Shown here one piece after another: positions 47,298 through 59,700 of a DNA stretch of 64,000 bases. The DNA is taken from assembly GCA_000934665.2 (NCBI GenBank), contig KZ538311.1, positions 62,001-126,000 on the forward strand, read 5' to 3'. Source of the stretch: Catajapyx aquilonaris (taxonomy: Eukaryota). The notes below the pieces were generated by a model. That model searched no databases. It was not told where the DNA came from and saw nothing but the letters and a program-made list of their open reading frames with translations. The translations under genes and the position numbers were made by a program. Positions within the stretch are counted from its first letter, which is position 1. Every line of letters begins with the position of its first letter.

Positions 47298-50200
47298 CCC
47301 CCCCCCCCCCCAAAAAAAAAGTGATCGATTATTCCTTTACGGGTAGCGAAATGAGAGTTGAGACCTACTATCTGGACGGGCGCCTTATACGATTGCTGTC
47401 GTTCAACTGCAAGTAAGGTGGGGGGGTAGAAAGGATCGAAAGTGGAAGCCATCTTAAAAGCTTTCCCTAGAGCCAAGAATCAAGATCCTGATGGAAGATC
47501 GGAGACTCTATACTATATACCTCCCCGCTTTAATTGTGTACGTGGATTTCCTTAGAGACGTTGCTTGTTGCCTTTTCTCAACTTTGTACCGCGCCGCCTC
47601 TCTCTAACTCAGCTTCGATTTACACTCTGAAATTACATCACGTGCGCCAGAGATAGAGTTGCCAAGAGGTGTCAGATAATGGCCGTCTGATAACAGTGTC
47701 AACCACCAGAGAGTTTTTATAAGGGAGGATAATGAGGTGTGTTCGAAGGTGTCCTATGCGTCCGTTTAGGTCGTGCCATCAAGCAAGATGTGGCGTCGTT
47801 ACAAGCACTGTGAGGGAATGGAGTTGTGTTAGAGACACTGGGAGGTTTTCCAAGAATTCTTGGGTGCTCGTTGGGTTGCATCATGCAAGGATGAAACAAA
47901 GCGTTAAAAATTACATCTCACATTTGATTCAGCAGTGGATTCCAATTATTTCGGTAACGAATCTTTGAAGACCAATAATAATTGACATCTCTACATAAAG
48001 CAAGAGTTCACGCTCAGAATTTGTTGGTGTTGTTACGACACACCCTGTACAGTTCAAAAAGGGCCGAACTTCTTATCTGCTGTGCCCATCAAGCACTTTT
48101 CTCTCCCAAAATGACCGCTGAAGCATCGCGCTCGTTAAGGCAGGGCAAAAGGCTCGAGTAAACCCCCTCCCGCCCTTCTGAATGACCACAAGTGGACTCC
48201 AGGTTTTTCATTATGGCGTCGACCGGACCCCCCTCTAGTAATAATCATGGAGGATGTGATAAAGCTGGGTGCGAGCTATAAAAACCGCACAAGTGGAGCA
48301 AACGGTGGAAGGGAATAAGAAAACCTCCCCCCTTCTTCATCCAACCAACCCCACTCTCTTCTTCCAAAGTGATTGACGGTTTTGGCCGCCTTGTAATTCA
48401 GCTCACAAGCAGCCTAGGCAAGGTTTAAAGTTCGAGAGAAGGGAAAATGTGGCACGCTGATTTCCATGGGAGTAATCAGAGTGCGCAGTCTTGAAAGCCA
48501 AGGAAGAAGAGAGGGTGTGGGTAGGGAGAGGGGATGTTATAGCGGTCCTGTGGTAATGGAGGCGATTCAGAGTAGCGATACGATCTTGGGGAGAACAAAG
48601 TTCGTTAGACTGGGGAGGGGGGAGGGGGAAAGAAGAAAGAAAGAAGAAGGATATAGGGACGCTTTTGCTGAGACATGACTATTGTTTTATCCGTGAAAGT
48701 GGTGTGTATACAGCATCGGCGCCTCCGATGCCAGCAAGGAAAGTCAAGGGATTTGTCTTGGTGGACATCTTTGAGTGGGACCGAAAACAGAAGAAGAATG
48801 CAGGACCTGAGTATACACCGGTGCACAAAACATTCAATAGGATTTGGAATTTTGCTGCCCTAAAAAGTTATTTAGAGCACGTACATTTGTACACATGCAT
48901 CATGCTACATTCAAAACCAGGATGTGCAAACAGCTGTTTGACTTCCACAGCTATTAGTTCGCATTTAGGTATGAACAAAGCCTGCTGTGCCACTATACGT
49001 ATTATGTAACTAATTTTAGACATTTTTGTGGGGATGCGAATTTTTATTAGTCGTACAGTACCAGCAGCTCAGAAAAATAATGTTGCATGATGCCACTCAA
49101 CCCGGCTGAGTGCCACGTTATTAATTTTGTGTGCAGTAACTCAGCAGTATTGTAGGTTTATAGGACTGCCTTTCAAACTTGTCTCCGATATACCGAAGAA
49201 CGATGTTGACGTCAATATCGCAAAGTCTGACCAAAAACCGGGTGTATTTACGTTGGACATATCAGAGACGGATCCTTTTTCTGTGTGTAAAGAACCCATT
49301 TCCTATATTATATGAGTCGCATCAAAGGGCTCTAAATAAAAAAAAAGGAGAAGCTTTCTCTCTATCAACTGCTAGACATCATGGCTTTAGGCTACAGAAG
49401 AGGAATGAGTGGCGTTTCCTTCTCTCGCTTCTGGTTTTTTCTCTCTCCGTTTGACCTCCCAGTTTCGACACACAACACTGTAACTTCACAATAGGGTATA
49501 GCTACTTGAAGAGAAAAGCGCAAGGTATTATGTGGACTTTCTTGCCTTTCCCGTTTCGAAAAGTTTGGCTGAAAGGCAAGGCAATTAGGAGATCCGTAGA
49601 AAAGCTCTGTCGTTGAAAGAAGCCCGAGTCTTTAAAAAAGCGAGTGTTCATTCCTGTATTCAAAATTGCAGCCTTTTAGTTCAGCTTTCTTATATACGCG
49701 CATATATTTATGCACTACCAATTTTCATGGGAAAATGAAACAGAAAATTATTCATTCCTCTGCCTAATTTTATTCGTTTATTCAATCGTTTTATTCAATT
49801 CGTATCAGCACATAAAATTATTCATTTCTCTATATATTTTATTTACCTCGTATCAGTGTATGAAATCATTCTCTTCGTCGTATTATAGGGCATAAAATAT
49901 CAAATTTTGTGCGATTGCGATTACGCTCGATTCATGAGCTGGCTCGACTCTAATTAGACGAATTTTATTCCGACAATGAATTCCTGGAGTAAAGGGAGCT
50001 CGACAATTTCTCCAGCCCTGATTGCCGCTGACAGCCGGAATAAGGCAACCTGGAAGCTTACAGGCCGTTAACTAGACGCAGCCTTGTTTTTACGACTTCT
50101 ACTCTCTCCAGAAAGCATCATGCAGACGCCTACAAAAGGTGTATAAGTCGACTCAGAAAGACTCTTCCTTTTTTTTTTGAGGCCCACTTTCTGCATTGCG

Positions 50201-53200
50201 GAGAGCATTGTTACAAGTCGTAAAAATCGAGGGGGTGATTTACACTGATCTCCTTCTATTTTTGCACTTTGTCAATATTTTTCGAGTCCATCCGATATAT
50301 CCAAGGCCTTGAATGGTAGCTTCGATCCAAAATGAGACATTGCAAATAGGGTGGGTGGCATTATATCAGGAAAAAAAAGGGGGCGACTTGGAAGGAGGGA
50401 TCTGAAGCATCCAAGTGCAAGTGATAGGTGTCGTGTGTAAATCGCAAGGAGCGGCTTTTGGCCAACGTGGTTTTGGCAAAGTGGACTGCTCCTCTTTTTT
50501 TGTGCAAAATTCCAAGAGGCATTGTATACTATCGACGTTTACTTAGAACGATGCACTAATTACGCTGCTAAATGAGGGATGTAAAATTATACTAATTATG
50601 CCCCCCCATGGCCTGAAAAAAAAGAATATGTAATATATTCGGTCATTTTGGGGGAGGACGAATCTTTTTTGGCAGCATCACAAAGGGGAGGGGGGTGATT
50701 AATTCGTATTTTAACCCCGGATTTGACACAGGGAACTCTGCCAGAATTTGGCTCAGGGTACACCAAAGAAGAAGTTGCGGGAGGAGATAAATGTAATACC
50801 TTTTGTCAGCCCTTTCGGCTGGAGCAATAAAAATCGCGGTTACGTAAAGTCGTTCCTGGTGACGTCATCTGAGCCTGGGGATTTTTGCATATCCTTGCCC
50901 CGAGAATGGCGCTATTCTGTTGACGCTTTACTATTGATTTTGCAATGAAAATAGGCACGCACGTAGCTGCATTAATTTTGATGCCCCCTCCTCCCCACCA
51001 CCCTCCACATCCTCTTACTAGAAATTCAATATCAGAATATCTGGCAGTACCTTTTTCCCCAATGATACTCATAGGAATATCTCTAATACTGATGCAAGGA
51101 AATGGCAGGGTTCGCTTTCATTTCCTGCATCTCTTCAGTGTCTGATACTAAAAATGATGGTAACGACATTTGGAGCGATTTTTTTTAAAAAAAGTGGTGT
51201 GGTGAATCAGTTAAATACACTTTATTTCATAGTGTGAGGGAAGCTGTGCAGATTCTACTGTGGGTGTATCTATGCAGTTCTATCCCCCTCTGGCCGAGAG
51301 TGGAACGGGCAAGCCTTCCGCTCAATATAGGGAAAGGAAGGCCGAGGAGCAAAAAGTGATTCATGACAGTCCAACTACATAAGATGTGGCCCCAGACCAG
51401 AAGGAGCTAGGAAAAGAGAGAGAAAGAGAAGGGGGTGAAAGGATAGTAAAGAAAGAAAGAAAGAAGTGATGGCAGATGCTTCTCTGGACCAGGGAAGCTG
51501 GCGACGGCCCCTGGAGAAGAGCACCACCCCCCTTCGGATTGTGACAAATCAGGACGCGTTACTTTTTGTCACCTCTGATTCTTGACAGGTGTCCAGGATG
51601 TCGTCCTGGAGAATGCGAGCCTTTCTCTCGGGAGGTTGTGGTGGCGCTTCGACGTCGTTTCGGTCAAGAAGAAAAGAGGAGCAAAAAAAAAATTTGATTC
51701 AGACATTCATCAAACAACTCCGAAGATGGCTTGATCATGTTACAGTTTACAGAAAATGTGTAGGATTTCCGTGCAAAAAAAATATTTGCTCCTTCATTCA
51801 ATATTAGCAATAAATCTGCTAAAGAGTTAGTTCTGGCAGTCAGATCAGATATAAACATAATGAGTGGAATTTTTCTGAGCTAGCAGTAACTATAGCAGTG
51901 GGACCCAATATCAATGAGGTTTTTTTTTAAAGAGGCGCATAATTATTCTTGGCATTTCAGAAACCAATACATTTTACTTTGACATCATGATCTGCCTAAC
52001 ATATAATTTATTATGATAATTATGTGATTTTAATTAGTTATTTTTGATTTGGCGTCAAGCAGTAGCATGTTATCAATATTATTGTGTGAGCCGGCTGAAG
52101 AAAGACCAACTATACCAAGTTTTTCAAGAGAGCAAGTTAAAGTTACGGCTGCTGTCTGATACTGTTTAAAAATTATTTAAAATGCTGCTATAAATAGGTT
52201 TATTCTAGAAAAGTGTGAATAAAGTAGGATAGCTGAAACCAGTGTCCGTGTTAATAATGCAACCTATAATTCAGTGAACCCTGAATATAACGGAATTTCT
52301 CCGGCCTGTTAAATTTTCTTTAATTAATAGTACTCCGTTTCATGTTACACGAGAATTGCACTGAAATCCTGGGTCGAGACCAAACAAAAATTCAAGCTTC
52401 ACGCACCTTCATGTCTCTAATTCACTCAAATCGGCCCTGCATTTGAAAACGCAATTTATGTAAACACGAATATGTTTGCCAGGAATTATGAATGCTGTTT
52501 ATATCACCCTTATGTATTTTGCGTTGTTGCCAGTGTATGTATACCATGCGTTCCTAACAATGAGGATTTCATGCATGAATTGTGTGGCTGTTTATTCGTG
52601 CTGCATAATTTGACGCCTGTACTACAGTTCGCCCCACTTTTATTAATGATCCGCAACGAGGGAGACACCATCAGCGTTAAGTTAAATGCTTACCAATTAG
52701 TCAAGTGTGTTAGCACTTCAACGTTAGTGTGACTTGTCAACACGGGACAGGAAACCCAAATTATAATTCAATATTTGCCAAACGTCGCTCGTACTTCACT
52801 CCTGTGTCAGGTCATAGGATTCTCATAAAGCCTGCATTATGTTTTGCACCGCATCCTTTTTTTTCGGATGCTGAAATTACGATGTACTGTACGTATCGCA
52901 ACCATTTACAATTTTAATACGCTGCCAATGAAAATACGGCCGATTTAATGAGGATGACCGTGGGAATAATACAAACACCCAAACTCCCGCAACACCACAT
53001 TTTGAGGTACATAAGGATCATTCGGCGGCATGTCATATACTCTCATTTTTGGTCGGAGGAACTAATCGACGTAATTTTGCTAATTACCACCGGATTGACC
53101 TGCACGTGAAATAATGGCGTATTGTTGCTGTGGTAAACTGGCTTAAATGTATGATGATGAGGAGCCGCTTTTGCTGGCGAAATTATTGAAACGCATTATC

Positions 53201-55936
53201 CGAGAGATGCAGTGGTTCATTCCAGAGCGTGACCGAAAATTGGTGTGTTGGGAGGACCCTCCAGATTTATGCAGGCTCCTCCAGGAATATTGTTGTCGTG
53301 TGACCCACATGGTGCTCCAGCACTTAGCCATAAACCATAGTTAATGTTTGCCAACGGTTTCCCCAAAACCCCGATATTTTATTGATACTAAGCTCAAACC
53401 GCTGTACATTTCCGAGGCACTGACTTTAAATGACGTACAGAAAAAAAAACTGCTTCGCTTGGTAACTGTGGAAATCTAACAGACCGCAAAAATGTTGGGC
53501 AAGCACCGAATCTGGATCAGAACCTAGATTTTTCCTCTCAAGAAAACCTCTCAAGGACAAGCTCGTAAAAAACCAGAGAGAGAAGTTTGTTGTGCACCCA
53601 CCCACCCACTGAAACGTCCTATCCAATACGGCCTGGGTTGTATACATGTAGAGCGACATCCAACTCTTCAGGGGAATTCCTCAATTAGTTCCCATCACCA
53701 GCAGGATAGGAATGATGCCAATCAGACAGGATAAGAGCCCAGTCGAAATCTTCTGGTAGTTCAGAACCTTTGGATCTATGTTAGACTGGAACAATAATTG
53801 GCTGGATTATAGCAAAACCTTCATTGTGACAACTTGCAGTCCCCCTAATAACAATGTGTCCACTCCCATCCCACGTGATGGTGGAAACGTACTCTGCTGG
53901 TCTGAGGTCTGATGGCAGCAGCTTCCTCTCAGAAAGTGAGCCTCTGGATCGATGGCGGCCTACATCGGGTCTCGGGCCGTGACAGAGCATACATTTGCTT
54001 CCGTTCAAAAGTGTCTGCCTGAATACCAAGAGAGAATCATAATACAAAAAGGAGGGGTTGGACCAGCAGATGAAAAATGGCCACGAAAAATGAGTGGCCC
54101 GGGCGAAAGAGACCAAGAAAGTAGTAGCTAAAGAGGTGGAGATGCCATCGGAGGAAAAACCAGACATTCTTACATGTTATCAGCTCATTTTTTTAAATAT
54201 ATTTTAAGAGATAAGCTCATCCTACAGATAAGCCTAATCATCCGAGCTGTTGAATACGATTCTGTCCAGATTTTATAGGACACTGTTAGTACTGATAATA
54301 GACAGGTCTTGCGGATTAGTGGGAGTGGTTTGGTGTTTTTTTTTCTGTTGAAGGAACGAAAGGGCCTGGTTTTCTGCAGGGAGGTAAGGATGCCAAGGAA
54401 GGAGGCCTTCCATACTAGCTGGCAGACTGCCAAATGGTTCCTTTCCGCCTCCGCCAAAACCTTCACCCCTTTTACCCCACCCACCCCCACACCATAGACC
54501 TACTTTGCTCCACATCACTATTTATCCAGGAGGATACTACCTAGAGCTGTTGCTCCAAAAGCAGACTGGATCCATTGCTAGTGTTTGCAAAAGCGGGAGG
54601 GGGGGCGGGAGGGTACAGTACGGTGCAAAAAGGTACATATAATGTGGCAGGCCGGATCAATCAATAGATTTAGGCGAATACATTATCCCTGCCCACTAAC
54701 GACATCGGGGGCCATTGTTGCGGAAACCGTCTTACAAAATGAGCAGAAACGTTATGGGATAATCGTCCATTAGGTGGAAATGATTTATTCTGAAGGATTT
54801 TAAAAAAAAGGAGAGAAGAAGATGGTGGAAATGGGGCTGAATGCACTCCATCTCTGTCAGTCCATAAATAACCTGGAGGCTTGGAAATTAAAAATCGAGA
54901 ACTAAGGTTCGATTATCGTCATGGCCAATTTTGCCTTGTACCCATTTTTCACGCTGCGATGCGGCATCCAGCAGCGTATATATACGCCGTTTTCTAGATT
55001 TTCTGCAAATGATAACCTCCTCACCTCGTCGCTTTGTAAACGTCGCTCTTTTTTTCCCCCCTATAGCTCTCTCGCACTCTTCATGTTTGCGCTTCGGTGG
55101 TACAGAGTTAATGAACCGGGTGATTGCTTCGACATTTTTTGCTGGGAACATACGATATTAGTTGCTACATAAATGGCTGTATTTTTATGTAATATTATTG
55201 TGATATGTCACAAACTATAGGAAAAAATAGCCTAGTTATTTTAGTAGGTCGTATGAATTAGGCCACATCAATTTGCAAGGATCCGAGCACTTCTTGCTGC
55301 AATCCGACACAATTCTGCAAAATGTGAAGCCCTTTTCTGCACCCGCAAAAAAAAAGAAAAGTTGTTTTCAGTGGTATTTGCCCCGAGTGTTATCCCTGAA
55401 AGGAAAGAATATTGCAACCGACATTCCAATTAGCCTTTTTCCCCGCTCCCTTACTCCCGCAGAAACTTACTTTTAGACGATATTTATATTCTTGCCGCAG
55501 AAATTGTGTCGCTCCCCTTCTTCTTGCTTGTGTGCCAATTATTGTCACAAACATGAAAATATTGCGCTGACTGTGAATGGAGCTGGAGAAAAGATTTTTC
55601 CCTCGGGCACTGAAAAAAAGAAAAAAAGAAGAAGATAAGGCTTGGGAAGTGCAGAGGGGGCGAAGAGTCCCTTATGATAAAGCCTCCCAACTTCTGACGA
55701 TCTATGCCATCGGAGTCTACTATTTACCTATCTGCAGGGGTCGGGGGTCGGAGGGGGGAATGGGGGGGAAAAAAATCTGCGGGGGAATATTTTTCGCTAG
55801 TGCCGCTAATGGCCCTTTCCTTTCCCACAGACTCTTTGAGGAGGGAAGAGATTTTTCAACAACAATAGTAGAGAAAGTAATCTTTCCGTGTCATTAACAA
55901 CACCTCCTTTTACCTAAAGCTTTGTTATAATACAGG

Positions 55937-55958
55937 CATAGATATTTTAATATCTATG
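55937..55958. mobile_element. 22-bp palindromic mini-insertion with 8-bp target duplication
   Basis: AATACAGG|CATAGATATT TT AATATCTATG|AATACAGG. Confidence 0.65.
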
Positions 55959-56375
55959 AATACAGGCATGATCGTTGGGTCCACATCATTGTTGGTATAT
56001 AATTGCGAAACATGTATTTTTGCGGTACATGCGGCCCTTAGCGGCATTGTTGGATTTAATTTTGATCGTGCCAATTAGTGCGATGTCGACTGCGGACAAT
56101 AGGCAAGCGATAACAAGAGATTGTGACATGTGCCGTGATTAATGGGACTGCTGTAATATTTTGAGCTGAAAAGGATACTTTATCCATTAGTTGTGCCGGT
56201 GATGAATAGCCCTGTAATGTACTGCGTATCGCTGGTCATGGTGAAGCCGATTGGAAAACGCAATAGAGAAGCAGGATGTCAGTTAATTATTTATATGAAA
56301 AACAAGCCGACATGAACATTATTTATTGTAAACGTCCTGTTAATTTTGATTCGATGCTATATGTACTATAGTACC

Positions 56376-56787
56376 TACATAAGGGTGCTTCTATAATGCA
56401 TCCCAAGCATGTGAATTCAGAACATAGTTTTGGAGTAATTTAGACATAATTAGAATACCCACGGAATAACTTTCTCAAAAGGTAGGCGATGACCTCTGCC
56501 CCTTACAGTCACACTAAGCGATCTGATTGGTGGAGCAGAGGAGGGGATCTGCTCCACCAATCAGAATGGTGGATACAGTGTGGTCCATAAGAATTGCTCT
56601 TTTGAAACCCTTGAGTGTATTGCTTAACCACAGAGGTCGCAATATTTAGGACATGCCTCTTTTTTTTTTTTGAAATGTTAGGCTATGGGAAGCCATTTTA
56701 TAATAAATTATTTCACAAACTAAAAATTATTCATTTATTCATTTTTAAGTTATTAGCTTCAATTTGTTTTTAGAAGCACCCTGTGTA
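56376..56787. mobile_element. Putative Tc1/mariner-like MITE with internal perfect hairpin
   Basis: Inverted AGGGTGCTTCTA (56382-56393) / TAGAAGCACCCT (56771-56782) with TACA..TGTA outer ends. Internal 18-bp perfect stem at 56522-56539 / 56548-56565. Confidence 0.55.
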
Positions 56788-59700
56788 TGTTATCACTGCC
56801 TAGCTACATTTCGCCTATTTACACCTTTACGAAGTGAGCTGCTCCAAAAAAAAATATGCGAAAATCCGCATCAAAAATTGAGGCCATCCGGAGCCCTTTG
56901 ATTGAGCGAAACCATGACGTGACCCCGGGAAATGCACATGGACAGAGGTTGCATGGTGCAGCGAGTATGTGCCGCAGATATTTCCGGTAAAGGCCCCGGA
57001 ACAATGACGTTATGAGATGAGGACGTGTTGAAGTGATGGGAACCCTCCCCACACCCTCCCATTCATCCACAACACACCACTTATCCTTGCGTGTTTGCGT
57101 GCAATGGGCGGCCAGATGAATTTCCATTGTCTACCAGGCCCCGCCGTATCCTATTTGACAGGGCTCATAGGCTTTGCGGCCTGTTTGAGGCCACCGGTCC
57201 ATAAAAAATTTTCCGGAGCAAGCTGGGCCAACCAACCCAAAGCCCCATCCAATCTCCTTAATTTCGGCCATTTTCAGTAGGAAAACCGGATACATGTACA
57301 CGTACGCGTCTAATACTATCATAGATTGGACCCTCTTGGCCTGCACCTCCCCCAACATTTGCATTCGTACACGGCAATTGGCCAGAGTTATTGCCGATAT
57401 CCAAGGGGGTGGGAAGTGTTTTAATGCATGCAAATGAGGCAGTACAAAACTGGCGATTAGGGAGTTTAACCACTCCTAATGGATTTCATAAAGGTGGGGG
57501 TACAAATCCGCAACGGAAGGTTTGAGGAGGGGCCGGAAGAGTGAAGCGGTTAATGATGGTCGTTCTGCACGGCTAAGTTCATATAATGGCACTCTATAAT
57601 ACTGTCGCGGTCCAAAGTACGGCGGATTTCGCATAGAGACGACGACGGGCTGCGTTTTATGCAATCTGGCAACACCGGAGATCTGCTATTGGTGGGAGCG
57701 GCGCATGCGCATCGAGTTAGCAACAGTACGCAGGCGCAACCGCAAAGGATCTCTTCCAGGATTGATATCGGTATCGATACTTAGACCATCGATACTTAGA
57801 CTGGTGTTCTAAGTATCGATACAGTGCAATATTAGACGGAAAATGTGTCATTTTTCCAATATTACTTTTGAAAACATGAACTTGAAGCTCATAAATATTT
57901 TCAGCACCTATAGGCTTTTCCTTCTGCCCGGGAAACGACAACTTATCCCGTCCTTAGAGTAATGCTTCTGTGACCCGATAGGTCCTCGTCCATAAATGAA
58001 TAATACGTGTACTCTAATGGTGGGACAACCATTGTAAAGTTACGCCGCGTCAGCCGAAAAAAAAAGACGGTAATGCAGTGTCACGCCCTGCGAATATCCT
58101 TATAACAAGGGGAGGGCCTTATAACTGTAGGAAATGGAAGTAGTAGAGGAGGCCCTGCGAGACAAAAGTTGTCAAGAAAACTCGGCTGAATTGTACACGA
58201 ACAAAGGGACTTTTGCGCAAAAATTGTCCCGAATGCTGCGCGTCCATATTTCGTCCCCTTTCGTACTTTTTTTCTGACTCTTTTTTTTCTTGCAGCTTGG
58301 ATCTCACTTGAAAACTGGAAGCTTGCAGGCGCGTTGCCAGAAAGATTTTCCCTGCACGCAGACTCAGTCTTAGAGGAGCCCAGGAGACGCCCGTGGGTGG
58401 CAGCTCAGGATGGAAGGCAGCACAAGAGGCCCTTTAAAAAAGCATCCTCACTTTACGTTGCTTCTTGCCCTTTTTTCTCTCTCTTGCCTTGGAGAGAGGA
58501 AATGGATGTGGTTGAGACAGGCCAAGAGCCTAGAGATATCTTCTCCTTTCCTTCAGCACCTGGGACTCAATGAAAAGATATGTGCTGGCCTAGGTGACAT
58601 GATGATTGACGTGGCTGCAGATATTGCGGTTCCAAATTGCAGTTTGTGGAATGTTCCAAGGTCGGGATTTGCTCAATCTGACGTTTGCTGGTGGCAAATT
58701 GCGACAGTAGTGTTACATCAATGTTTCAAGTGGCAAGGAGTAAATTTTTATGAAGCTTCTTCTTCACAACTTCTTTATCCGTACCAAGAGCTAATAACTC
58801 TTGTCCGTACTAATGTACCCGTTGCCAAAATGGGGGAAAACCTGCAATCAGTATGACTGACAATTAAACAATTATTTAATGAGATGGCCCGCCGATTTGC
58901 CACGTAGTATTTTTTTCACGTATAGATGGAGCACTCTCTCTCTCTGCAGTCTGCACACTCCCGCCACCGTGCGAGAGATAGCGGTACTATAAGACATGCG
59001 ACGGAGAGAATAAGCCTGTTAGGAGAAAGATACCTCCTCATCAGTGTGTAACAAGTATTTTTCATTTAATTTTGTCTCACCCTGTCGTGTGCATTGTCAG
59101 CCCATGTTAAACAACGATTGCAGGACAATGAATCGGATGCTACCACACTGTGCAGAAGTGGCGACTTTTGAGCTTCTGTTTGCTCGCGAGTTGGACATAA
59201 AACTGGCTGCACAATCGAGTGTCTGGGGGGAAAAACTCGCTGACCTGTAACGTAGAGCTGAAGCACGGCAGCACATAAAGGCAAGCACTTTGAGCCAGGA
59301 GCAAAAACCTGTCCGCCAGTTATCGGGGTCCTTGCAGCACAGTGCACCTTTACTTGGTGCATTGCGCATCCCACTTGCGTCAACAAACATTACGAATCAT
59401 TGTAACCCGTCAGTTCTGGAGATGGAAACTCTGTGAGTGATGGGTAACAAAACTTTGGGGAGAAAAATTGAAGTCGTCAGCTCGCTGTTTCCAGCAAAAA
59501 GAGGCTGGAAATGATGGGCTTAATCCACTTTACTAAACGGGAATGGGAAGCGATGAAATGTGATTAGCCGGCTAACCTGACACCTGCCTTGTCCGTTGAT
59601 TGCGTAATTTTTGCCACTGCTGGTGTGTGTTCTCAGGTGGTTTCTTTCCCTCCTTCCCCCTCCCACCCACCCACTCAGCCCTCCCCTCCCACTCTCTCAC

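Noticed and set aside
53690..53830. Minus-strand PIIVPV*...DFDWALILSDWHH, reminiscent of multicopper oxidases
   Set aside because: Interrupted by stops, with no copper-binding His motifs nearby; probably chance.
59097..59390. 97-aa minus-strand ORF containing YRSASFSP
   Set aside because: No recognisable family and no partner exons found; overlapping ORFs in other frames are equally long.
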